A stretch of 63,793 bases of DNA, counting the filler, from Octopus bimaculoides (lineage: Eukaryota), in NCBI RefSeq assembly GCF_001194135.2. It is 10 parts of 9 records of this genome, joined end to end, with 100 filler letters (N's around TTAATTAATTAA, not from the genome) between each part and the next. Parts side by side here need not be neighbours in the genome. Positions count along the whole stretch, not along the records: positions 35,978 to 45,259 come from NC_069010.1; positions 45,360 to 51,618 come from NC_069006.1; positions 51,719 to 55,512 come from NC_069008.1; 7 more parts are not named here. One strand, written 5' to 3'. The notes beneath the pieces are model-generated. The model did no database searches. It saw only the letters and a program-made list of their open reading frames with translations, and had not been told where the DNA came from. Shown in pieces: positions 41,500 to 52,565 of this stretch (its first letter is position 1; each line of letters starts with the position of its first letter). Made by a program: the position numbers and the translations under genes.

Positions 41500-42540
41500 A
41501 CACTAAGAGTATGTGAAAGGAGGAAACTGAAAGTGAATGTAGCTAAGAGTAAGGTGACGAGATGTTCGAGAGAGATGGAATGGCTGTTAGGATGAATGTG
41601 AGTATAAATGGTGAGATGTTAGGGAAGGTGGATGGGGGTTGGGTTGGCTGAGGAGGTAGGATATAGAGCGAGGGAGGGGAGTAAGATACTTGGAGTTGTG
41701 AAAGGTGTGCTGAGGGATAAAAGGTTGAGTATGAAAGCGAAAAGAGGTGCGTATGAGGGTGGGATTGTGCTGACAATGTTATAGGGTGCAGAGATGTGGT
41801 GGGGCTGAGAGAGGCGCAAAGGAGGCTGTAAAAGGTTGATAGTTGCAATAGAGACTTTAGTCTCTCTCTATCACCTTTCAACATAATTATATATTAAGAA
41901 ACATTAGAACAATTTTTACAACATAATAAAAATAAGTTTTATTTTTTTGATGATGCTTGGTTTTATAAATCCTGTGTTACTCACCTTAGCAGCTGCTGAT
42001 TAATTGGTAATCAGTATTGGAAGATTAAGAGCTTCCTTGATGCATGCCAGAGAAGCAAGTAGCTGTCACGTCGATGGCATCTTGGTGAAGAGTGCTTCGT
42101 TGAGGAGCGAGGTCTTGTCACGTCGAAGGTCTCTCGCTCAACTGAGCTTACAAAGTGAAACCAACTCTTTAAGTATTAGTTTTACTACGCATGCGCACTC
42201 AAGGGGCTTCCAGAAAGGCAAGTCCCTTGCGCATGTGCAGAATAGTACTTCCTCAATGGCGGCTATAATTTCGCGCCACTACAAGGCGATTAGATGCGTT
42301 TGAGATGAGATGTCTGAGGGCTATGGTTGGTGTGACATGGATGGACAGGATGAGGAATGAGGAGGTGCGAAGGCAAGCAGGGATGAGAGAAAATCTATGT
42401 AGCAGAAATGGATAGATGGAAGTTGAGGTGGTTTGGCCACATGGAGAGGATGGATAAGGGGTGGATTGTAAGGAGGGTGATGAAGGCAGAAGTGGTAGGC
42501 AGCAGAACCAAATCCAGACCTTGGTTTGTGTGGATAGATC
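41500..42540 (+). mobile_element. Old RTE-clade LINE, RT C-terminal region, split by a solo LTR
   Basis: Removing 41827-42283 and one AGGC copy restores AQRRRLDAFEMRCLRAMVGVTWMDRMRNEEVR, followed by LRWFGHMERM. Confidence 0.85.
41827..42283 (-). mobile_element. Solo LTR (Ty3/gypsy-like), 457 bp
   Basis: TGTA...TACA termini, 4-bp target-site duplication AGGC (41823-41826 and 42284-42287), AATAAA on the minus strand (41938-41943), and clean excision restores the host LINE frame. The superfamily is inferred from TSD length and termini. Confidence 0.8.
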
Positions 42541-42855
42541 ATCATCATCATCATCATCATCGTTTAACGTCCGCTTTCCATGCTAGCATGGGTTGGACGA
42601 TTTGACTGAGGACTGGTGAAACCAGATGGCTACACTAGGCTCCAATCTGATCTGGCAGAGTTTCTACAACTGGATGCCCTTCCTAACGCCAACCACTCAG
42701 AGAGTGTAGTGGGTGCTTTTACGTGTCACCGGCACGAAGGCCAGTCAGGCGGTACTGGCAACGGCCACACTCAAAATGGTGTATTTTATGTGCCACCAGC
42801 ACAAGAGCCAGTCCAGGGGCACTGGCAACGATCTCGCTCGAAAGTCCATTACACA
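42541..42855 (-). mobile_element. RTE 3' end with (GAT)n tail
   Basis: Near-identical to 52566-52960. Confidence 0.85.
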
Positions 42856-43866
42856 NNNNNNNNNNNNNNNNNNNNNNNNNNNNNNNNNNNNNNNNNNNNN
42901 NNNNNNNNNNNNNNNNNNNNNNNNNNNNNNNNNNNNNNNGTGTAGTCTTTGCAAGCTGGAGTGAGGAAAGCTTAGGTGGTCAGAGGTGTTGGAGTGAGAG
43001 AGGCAAGAGGGTTTATAAATGATAGGAAAGCTTGGAGAGTGTTTGTGGACAGATGAGTGAATTTTGATGTTGCTCAAAGGGGTACGGAACCAACATGATG
43101 CGGCGGGGGTAAACCAGCATATGCTGTCAGGCCACGCTGCTGATAACAGGGGTTGCTTTCTATGCCTTGACCCGAGCATTGGATGGAGTTCGGNNNNNNN
43201 NNNNNNNNNNNNNNNNNNNNNNNNNNNNNNNNNNNNNNNNNNNNNNNNNNNNNNNNNNNNNNNNNNNNNNNNNNNNNNNNNNNNNNNNNNNNNNNNNNNN
43301 NNNNNNNNNNNNNNNNNNNNNNNNNNNNNNNNNNNNNNNNNNNNNNNNNNNNNNNNNNNNNNNNNNNNNNNNNNNNNNNNNNNNNNNNNNNNNNNNNNNN
43401 NNNNNNNNNNNNNNNNNNNNNNNNNNNNNNNNNNNNNNNNNNNNNNNNNNNNNNNNNNNNNNNNNNNNNNNNNNNNNNNNNNNNNNNNNNNNNNNNNNNN
43501 NNNNNNNNNNNNNNNNNNNNNNNNNNNNNNNNNNNNNNNNNNNNNNNNNNNNNNNNNNNNNNNNNNNNNNNNNNNNNNNNNNNNNNNNNNNNNNNNNNNN
43601 NNNNNNNNNNNNNNNNNNNNNNNNNNNNNNNNNNNNNNNNNNNNNNNNNNNNNNNNNNNNNNNNNNNNNNNNNNNNNNNNNNNNNNNNNNNNNNNNNNNN
43701 NNNNNNNNNNNNNNNNNNNNNNNNNNNNNNNNNNNNNNNNNNNNNNNNNNNNNNNNNNNNNNNNNNNNNNNNNNNNNNNNNNNNNNNNNNNNNNNNNNNN
43801 NNNNNNNNNNNNNNNNNNNNNNNNNNNNNNNNNNNNNNNNNNGAAACGAAGACTGTTGTAGAAAGT

Positions 43867-44114
43867 TTAACCCTTTAGTATTTAAACTGGCTGTATCCGG
43901 CCCAGATATTCTACACATTTTATATTTAACTGGCCAGAACCAGCATGTCACACCTACCCTGCAATGTCATTCTAAAAATAAGCAATTATATCTTTCCTAT
44001 CTTGAAGCTACAAAATAATATCAGATAAATTTTTTTAAATGTGAATAAATAAGGATTACTTTTGACAAATTAACCTGAAAATTGTATTATCTACTTCTTT
44101 CATAACTAGGTTAA
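43867..44114 (+). mobile_element. piggyBac-like MITE
   Basis: TTAA-CCCTTTAG start and degenerate ...aggTTAA end. Confidence 0.45.
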
Positions 44115-44213
44115 AGTGTTTTAAACAACAATTCGAAGTAGCCTTGTTGAATTAGACAAAAGACTTGGCATCGTAATAACCAAATCTCAGGCAAGTGAAT
44201 GTCATATAATAAA

Positions 44214-44620
44214 CAGGAGTGGCTGTGTGGTAAGTAGCTTGCTTACCAACGACATGGTTCCGGGTTCAGTCCCACTGCGTGGCACCTTGGGCAAGTGTCT
44301 TCGACTATAGCCTCGGGCCGACCAAAGCCTTGTGAGTGGATTTGGTAGACGGAAACTAAAAGTAGCCCGTCGTATATATGTATATATATATATAGATATG
44401 TGTGTTTGTGTGTCTGTGTTTGTCCCCCCCAACATCGCTTGATAACCGATGCTGGTGTGTTTACGTCCCCGTAACTTAGCGGTTCGGCAAAAATGACCGA
44501 TAGAATAGGTACTAGGCTTACAAAGAATAAGTCCTGGAGTCGATTTGCTCGACTAAAAGGCGGTGCTCCAGCATGGGCGCAGTCAAATGACTGAAACAAG
44601 TAAAAGAGTAAAAGAGTAAA
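44214..44620 (+). mobile_element. CORE-like SINE, near full length
   Basis: High similarity to 21387-21810. Confidence 0.9.
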
Positions 44621-44691
44621 TGGGGGGGTGTAGATAAATCTGACCAGTATTGGGTATAGGACCCAGTTAGAGAACTTTCAGGTTCATTATT

Positions 44692-44788
44692 TACGTTATT
44701 TACATTCGACGGATATTTGTCCTCATCTTGTTTGGTGTTAACAAGAAACAAGATTAGGGACAAATATCCATCGAATGTAAATAATGTA
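44692..44788. repeat. About 45-bp-arm hairpin centred on GTTAAC
   Basis: tacgttatttacattcgacggatatttgtcctcatcttgttt pairs with aaacaagattagggacaaatatccatcgaatgtaaataatgta. Confidence 0.8.
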
Positions 44789-44790
44789 TA

Positions 44791-44949
44791 GGCGTAGGAG
44801 TGGCTGTGTGGTAAGTAGCTTGCCTACTAACCACATGGTTCCGGGTTCAGTCCCACTGCGTGGCACCTTGGGCAAGTGTCTTCTACTATAGCCTCGGGCC
44901 AACCAAAGCCTTGTGAGTGGATTTGGTAGACGGAAACTGAAAGCCAGTC

Positions 44950-44987
<38 letters not shown>

Positions 44988-45212
44988 ATATGTTTGTGTG
45001 TCTGTGTTTGTCCCCCACCATCGCTTGACAACCATTGCTGGTGTGTTTACGTCCCCCGTAACTTAGCGGTTCGGCAATAAGAGACCGATAGAATAAGTAC
45101 TAGGCTTCCAAAGAATAAGTCCCGGGGTCGACCTGCTCGACTAAAGGCGGTGCTCCAGCATGGCCGCAGTTAAAAGACTGAAACAAGTAAAAGAGTAAAG
45201 AGTAAAGAGTAA
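44791..45212 (+). mobile_element. CORE-like SINE, full length
   Basis: High similarity to 21387-21810. Confidence 0.9.
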
Positions 45213-45629
45213 TTCCTCATCTCTTAAATATAGATCTGAGGTTTCGGTGTTGACATTGCNNNNNNNNNNNNNNNNNNNNNNNNNNNNNNNNNNNNNNNNN
45301 NNNTTAATTAATTAANNNNNNNNNNNNNNNNNNNNNNNNNNNNNNNNNNNNNNNNNNNNGCAAGTGACTGAGCACTCCACAGACACGTGTACCCTTAACG
45401 TAGTTCTTGGGGATATTCAGCGTGACACAGTGTGACAAGGCTGGCCCTTTGAATTACAGGCACCACAGAAACAGGAAGTAAGAGTAAGAGAAAGTTGTGG
45501 TGGAAGAGTACAGCAGGGTTCGCCACCATTCCCTGCCGGAGACTCGTGGAGCTTTAGGTGTTTTCGCTCAATAAACACTCACAACGCCCAGTCAACGTAC
45601 TCCCTGATCAGAAAGGTATTCTATCACAG

Positions 45630-45776
45630 GGTCACCCATTTGCAGCTGAGTGGACTGGAGCAACATGGAATGAAGAGTTTTGCTCAAGAATACAATGTGC
45701 TGCCCAGTCCAAGAATTGAACTCATGGTCTAGCAATTGTCAGTGCAATGCCCTAACCACTAGGCCATGTGCCTTCA
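45630..45776 (-). mobile_element. tRNA-derived SINE with V/Meta-like domain
   Basis: Reverse complement resembles 51427-51618 (gtgtccttgagcaagacactttatttcacattgctccagtcaactcagctg). Confidence 0.6.
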
Positions 45777-45786
45777 CCCCCCCCCC

Positions 45787-45817
<31 letters not shown>

Positions 45818-45919
45818 GTATGTATTTATATATATTTTTATACCAAAAATTTGGCAAAAATATTGTATCTGTTAACAAACGTAGCAAAATACTCACAAGT
45901 GAGTTATTGTATTTATATT

Positions 45920-46173
45920 GATTTAAATGAGAGCTCAAAACTGATCCATTGAAAATATTATTATAATAATGAAAATGACCTATGATCATTTCGATGCAAT
46001 ATCCAGATTGATTCATGCATATTATAAAATAATAATAAGGCCCTGAGGAGATGCAGTATCCCATTTTTATAATATGCATGAATCAATCTGGATATTGCAT
46101 CGAAATGATCATAGGTCGTTTTCATTATTATAATAAAGTATTTTCAATGGATCAGTTTTGAGCTCTCATTTAA

Positions 46174-46176
<3 letters not shown>
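45920..46176. repeat. Near-perfect fold-back, about 110-bp arms with about 35-nt loop
   Basis: gatttaaatgagagctcaaaactgatccattgaaaa...catattataaaa pairs with ttttataatatgcatg...gagctctcatttaaatc, with only a few differences. Confidence 0.92.
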
Positions 46177-46208
<32 letters not shown>

Positions 46209-46251
46209 TTGTTTTGGGGGTTGGTAATGGTTCTGTGTTTTTTCTTGGTAG

Positions 46252-46413
46252 CTGCAGAACTTCTTGAGGACATTGATTTCTCAGTGGATCCATGCGATGA
46301 CTTCTACCAATATACCTGCGGTAATTGGGAACGGAGAAACATTATACCTGAAGATATGGCAGCCATTGGCAACGTCGAACGGCAACACCGCAAACTACAG
46401 ATCATTATTAAAA
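46252..46413 (+). CDS. Internal coding exon of an M13 family metallopeptidase (neprilysin/ECE-like)
   Basis: (A)AELLEDIDFSVDPCDDFYQYTCGNWERRNIIP... matches the M13 N-terminal signature DPCxDFYxYxCGxW. Acceptor ttcttggTAG|, donor |GTAAGT, 162 nt, phase 1-1. Confidence 0.88.
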
Positions 46414-47524
46414 GTAAGTTATATATTCAGAATTTTTTCACTGGGATTCACTTCTCTCCAACTAGCAACAGAGTACACTTTCTCCTCGCATGTAAATACA
46501 TCTTTGATTTCATTCTCTTTCTCTCATTCTCTCTCCGATCACTGACATCTATGGGTTTATGCTGTTATTGTTTAACCCCAGGTCAGCAATGGTCCACACT
46601 ACTGTGATCAAAGATGATACAATTCTATATTTATGAGGAATTTATATTGTGAATACTGTTTATATTAGTAGGACTGGTGTCTTCATCTTTATTGTTGCTT
46701 TCACTACGATGCAGCTGTTGTAGGCTCCAGCTTCCTTCAGGTGTTTTGTGCTGAACTCAGTTGTTGTGTCAGAATTTTGAATCTAACCCTTTATTTGATC
46801 CACAGTGGTAAACCATTCTCATTTCTCTCCCCGTGTTTCATGGCATTTTTTTTTCTTCAGTTGACTTTTTTTTTGTAAGTTACCTTAGTGCCTTGCCTGA
46901 GATTGAGTTCAGAATCTCTAGGTGGCTGCACTGCATTAACCAACGTCTTTATCCACTACACAGAGAGCGGGATAAGAACAGTATACTCCCATGGATCAAA
47001 TAAAGGGATAGGTTTGAAATTCTGATACAACTGAATTCAAAAGAAGATACCTGAAGAAGGCTGGAGCATACAACAGCCATAAGATGCAGACACCAGTTTG
47101 ACTAATATAAACGTTACACATAATCAAAGTTAATATCTACAATAAGAGTAAACAAGGGAGATAATTCCAAGAATATCAGTCAATTTTTTTTTTTTTAATG
47201 AACTCAATACAGTTAAAAGTGGATGATTTTGTTGAATACTTCGTGTTCTGATTACAAGAATAATCCTAGTTAATTAAAGCTTTCCAATTCTCTATATTAC
47301 ATAGGTGGGATTGTATCATGTGTATGTGTTTGTGCATATGATACATGCAAACATACACACATACACATATGAAAAGACACTGGCATTGATACATACATAG
47401 GTATACATAAATACAAAAACATACACACTTAATCACATACATACATGCACACTGATACGTGCACAGACACAAATATACATACACACTCACACTCAAATAC
47501 ACATTCACAGATGTATGCATGCAC

Positions 47525-47562
<38 letters not shown>

Positions 47563-47751
47563 TATCAATCCCACCTACCTATCAAATTAATGTATCTGGC
47601 AAATGACACCAGTTTACCTGTAATTAATAATTCATATGGCACACCACACTTCTCACATATGGTGACACCCTATCTCCCTCCCCATTCAGTCTTCATATTC
47701 TGGCAAAAGAGAAAAGGAAATCCCTTATCTTTTAGTTCCTAGTTATCATCA

Positions 47752-48010
47752 TCATCATTGTTGTTTAACGTCCGCCTTCCATGCTAGCAATGAGTGGGAC
47801 GGTTTCACAAGAGCCGGCCAGGCTGAAGCCTGCACCAGACTTCTGTGACTGTTTTGGCAGGATTTTTACAGCTGGATGCCCTTCCTAACACCAGCCACTC
47901 AGCAGCAGGGACTTAGTGCTTTTTACTTGGCACAAGCACAGGCAAGGTCAGTTTTGGCAAGGTTTTTACAGCTGGATGCCCTTCCAAATGGCAACCACTT
48001 TGCAGTGTAG
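47752..48010 (-). mobile_element. Decayed RTE 3'-end fragments
   Basis: gtttaacgtccgccttccatgctagc and acagctggatgcccttcc blocks. Confidence 0.7.
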
Positions 48011-48140
48011 ACTGGGTCACCAAGTACCTTGAAAGGAAAAAATAAATTTTCAGGACAGGAGGGGGCATTGCAGGAGGTGATCTTGTGTTGGATGATGAAA
48101 CAGGTATCTTACTGTAGAGGAAGTACAAGGTTAACCAGCT

Positions 48141-48173
<33 letters not shown>

Positions 48174-48332
48174 TTAGGAATGAAGACAGAAACAGGTGCA
48201 CTACCACAAAGGAAATTATAGTAATTTTAATGAAAATTATACCCAACACCACCACCACTAACACCATCCCCTACACCATCCAACACAGACACCATGCCTT
48301 ACAGATGCTGCACTCCTGTCATAACTGTACAG

Positions 48333-48854
48333 CAGGGGTGAGGAAACTTTTTAGTGCGGCAGGTAAAAATTTCCAAAGAAAAAGGTTCACAGGCAGATCA
48401 CAGATTCTAACTCTTATATCTGTGTAAATCTTGTATATATCTATGTATAATTTGATATACATTAATAAAGATAAGTTTAAGACATGCAATTAATGTGTAA
48501 CATCTTCATGAATGATGCCACTGAATTTAGGATGTATATATTACTTATGAGGTATTCTATCTATTTTAGCTAGGGTGTAGTTGGGCTTTAAGGGGGTAAT
48601 ACAAACCTAGTAATATGTGTTTTATAGTGAAAACAAAATTTCCATTCACATAACAATTACCGGACGATTTTCTGTTCAAGTCAAACTGTTTTAAGTCAGT
48701 GAAAACACAACTTATGTCACAAACACGCATAGGAATATTGTATAAATTTTATAATTGAAAATTTACTATATTTTTTACATGAGTATACCAGCCTGCAGGT
48801 GCAATAAAATGGGCTCGCGGGCACAATTGCGCCTGCGGGTGGGGGTTTCCCCTG
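48333..48854. mobile_element. hAT/Charlie-like MITE
   Basis: CAGGGGTGAGGAAACTT start and ...GCCTGCGGGTGGGGGTTTCCCCTG end. No clean TSD seen. Confidence 0.55.
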
Positions 48855-49097
48855 CCAACAGCAACATTACCTTTCTACTAAACCATGCTTCCACTAGCAC
48901 CACTGCCTCACCAACTGTACCCAACTAATTCCATTTCACTGCCTCATAGCACCTCCTCCTTTCAGATGTCCCAGCCAACACCAAATGATACTCCCACGAC
49001 CACCCCCACCCAACACCTGCTATAGATGTTGGATTCTGGAAACTCTCATTGTAACTTTGAAAAAAAAAATTGAAACCTTGAATTATCATTATTATTA

Positions 49098-49629
49098 AAG
49101 GTGGCAACCTGGCAGAATTGCTCGCACGCCAGGCAAGATGCTTTGTGACACTTCGTCCATCTTTACATTCTGGGTTCAAATTCCGCTGAGATCAACTTTG
49201 CCTTTCATCTTTTCGGGGTCGATAAATTAAGTACCAGTCAAGTACTGGGGTTGATGTGATTGACTATTCCCCTCCCCACAAATTCCAGGCTTTATGCCTA
49301 TAGTGGAAAGGATTATTATTACTATTGTTCAGTAGTTTTATTTTTATAACGTGCTTTCACTTCACTACCGAGCGCAGCTCTGTGTGCCTTGGGTATGTGC
49401 TGTGGTTTGCTGTGGTGCTCTTATGTTTACTGTATTGAAAGTGTTTTGCGTAGAATGTGTGCAGTACCCAGTAGTGCAATTTTCTGTATGTTATATATAT
49501 TTGTAAGTCCTGGTGTTTTTGTTATGTATTTGTCTGAATATTTTTTTATTATACCTAAGGCACCTACTATGATAGGAATTGTTTCTGTTTTTAGATTCCA
49601 CATTCGAGTTATCTCTATTTCCAGGTCTT

Positions 49630-49660
<31 letters not shown>

Positions 49661-50257
49661 TTATTATTATTATTATTATTATTATCATTATTATTATCAT
49701 CATTATTATTAAGGCAGTGAGCTGGCAGTCTCATTAGCATGCCAGGTGAAATGCTTAGCAGCATTTCATCCATCTTTACATTCTCAGTTCAAATTCCACC
49801 AAGGTTGACTTTGTTTTTCATCCTTTTGGGGTCGATAAATTAAGTACCAATGAAACACTGGGAACGATGTAACCGACTATCCCCTTTCCCCAAAATTTCA
49901 TTCTTTATGCCTTTAGTAGAAAGGATTATTATTATCAATAAATTAAGTACCAGTGAAACACTGGGGTTGATGTAATTGACTGATTCCCTCCCCCAAAATT
50001 GCTGCCCTTGTGGCAAAATCTTTGAAACCATTATTATTATTGTCATTATTATTAGCATGCTGAGCAGAATGATTAGCACACCAGGTAGAATGCTTAGTGA
50101 CATTTCATTCATCTTTAAGTCCCAAGTTCAAATGCCACCAAGGTCAACTTTGTCTTTCGTCCTTTCGGGGTCAATAAAATGAAAACCAGTTGAGCACTGG
50201 GATTAATGTAATCGACTTTCCCCTGAAATTGCTGGCCTTGTGCCAAAATTTGAAACA

Positions 50258-50307
<50 letters not shown>

Positions 50308-50450
50308 AGTGGTGAGCTGGCAGAATCATTAGCATGCTGGACAAAATGCTTAGTGGATTTTTTCTGGCTCTTTACGATCTGATTTCAAATCCCACTAACG
50401 TCAACTTTACCTTTCATTCTTTCAAAGACCAATAAAAATCTGAAACAATT
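49098..50450 (+). mobile_element. Head-to-tail cluster of 4-5 Nin/Deu-type SINEs separated by (ATT)n
   Basis: Heads at about 49100, 49712, 50055 and 50310, plus an extra tail at about 49935. Confidence 0.8.
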
Positions 50451-51426
50451 ATTATTAGTATTATTAGGACCCTCTTCCTCTTTTTCTTCCCCTTGCCTCA
50501 GATGTCCACAGAATTTCAACAAGCCATCAAGTGCTCAAAACCCTTCCGATGATCTTTCCTTGTAGAAAGTAACAAACCTTCTGTAGAATCTCTACAGGAC
50601 ATTCTCTTCCAGTCTCTTCTATTCATTTCTCTATCTCACAACTTGCAACCCCTAATGTATCAATTGTCACAGGCATGGTCTTGATAGATTTCATATTCCA
50701 AATCCTTGCAATCCCAAATTTTTAAGGGTTATATGTTTTCAACTTTCCATCTGCTTTCTTCACAATCCTAGTATCAAATGAACATAAAGGATCAATCAAT
50801 AAGCAAATTCGATTTTCCCTAGGCCTTGTGTCTATCAGTAGAAAGGATTATTATTAAGCTAAGAAATGCATTTATTATCAGCTGAATACTTGCCATTTGG
50901 GCGTTAACTCCTAAACGTTAACATTTATATCTCCCATAATGCTGTTGTCAATATTCAATGGAGTATCTAAACAATCTTTATTCTAGAATTTATATAAAAG
51001 TTTATGGTGTGGGAAACTTACAGCTTGGGAATGGTGGTGTGCTGTAGTGATGGTATTGTTATCTGGTGGTATGGAAGGGTGATAGTATTGCTGTGTGAGG
51101 AAAATGTATGACAGAGAGAGATATTGTGGTGTTGTGATAATGTGGTGGTAGTACTGTACGCAGCAGTGATACAGTGGTAGTTTTAAAGACAGCAGTTTCT
51201 TTCTTATTAAGGAATTAGATTTTTTTAAACATAAAAGCAGAAACTATTGAAGCAGTGATACAAAGGGGGAAAAGAGAAGAAACAATTTATACATGGATCA
51301 GTGTGTTGGTGAGTGACTCTTGGCCAATCAGCAGAATGACTTTCAATGTGGTTGTAGTGTCTGTGTGTGTGTGTGTGTGTGTGTTGATGTAGTCCCAGTG
51401 CACAGTAGTAGTAGTAGTAGTAGTGA

Positions 51427-51618
51427 AGGCACATGGCTTGGTGGTTAGGGTATTTGATTCATGATCATAAGGTCATGAGTTTGATTCCAGGTGGTCCATT
51501 GTGTCCTTGAGCAAGACACTTTATTTCACATTGCTCCAGTCAACTCAGCTGGCAAAAATGAGTTGTACCTGTAATTCAAAGAGTCAGCCTTGTCACATTC
51601 TGTGTCACGCTGAGTCTT
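51427..51618 (+). mobile_element. tRNA-derived SINE with V/Meta-like domain, cut by a gap
   Basis: ggcacatggcttggtggttagggt head, gagtttgattccagg B-box-like motif, gtgtccttgagcaagacactt core. Confidence 0.7.
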
Positions 51619-51718
51619 NNNNNNNNNNNNNNNNNNNNNNNNNNNNNNNNNNNNNNNNNNNNTTAATTAATTAANNNNNNNNNNNNNNNNNNNNNNNNNN
51701 NNNNNNNNNNNNNNNNNN

Positions 51719-52062
51719 GAGGACGGAACCTTGGTGGACCCCTACCTCTACCCGGAATTCATTGCTGTACTCATTTCCAACCCTCACCTTACTGGCCGCA
51801 TCTCTGTACATGGCTCGCACAGCTCTCACTAGCCATTCTTCTATCCCAAGTTTCCTCATTGACCACCAGATAAGGGATCGGGGGACCCTGTCAAAGGCTT
51901 TCTCCATGTCAACGAAAGCCAGGTACAGAGGTTTATCCTTGGCTAGGTATTTCTCTTGCAACTGTCTCACTAGAAATAAGGCATCAGTAGTGCTTTTACC
52001 TGGCACGAACCCAAACTGCATCTCATCTAAATTGATTCGCTCCCTAATTAGTTGGGCTATAT
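51719..52062 (-). mobile_element. RTE LINE reverse-transcriptase fragment
   Basis: QFGFVPGKSTTDALFLVRQLQEKY...AFVDMEKAFDRVPR...GVHQGSVL. Confidence 0.92.
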
Positions 52063-52565
52063 ATATATGGATTGTTAGAAGATCAGATATCCAAAACAGA
52101 AGCACACTTTAAATGTTAAAGCAGTAATGTATTTATAGGAAGCTAATAATATGGCCAGTCATAGCATGACCAAGGGTTTCACACTCATAACCTAAGGGTC
52201 TCATTTAGTTGCATACCCAGCATTAAAAAAATTTTAGCGAACATCCCTAAAATGTGAGCAGAGGCTGGAATACAATGACTGCCCAGTGGGAGGCCTATGC
52301 AAGGCTGAGGGGGTTGTATAAGAGATTGTGGTGGTAACCAGCTCCAATCTGTCTCATCTAAGGCTTGGATAATATATATTTACAAAATTAACTGACCATA
52401 ATGGTTTTCTATCTCCAATTTGAAAAGAGGTTATATGCCCACTGCCATTAGAATCAGATGAGCCGTCTATAAGGCTGAGTGCTTTATGGATGCAAAACCA
52501 TTGGTCAGTCTATGATTGTCCATATAATTAACTCCCTATATATATATATATATATACATATATAT

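Noticed and set aside
46566-46585. CLTPG peptide resembling the neprilysin stalk motif
   Set aside because: It lies downstream of the exon it should precede, lacks splice sites and the second Cys; coincidence.
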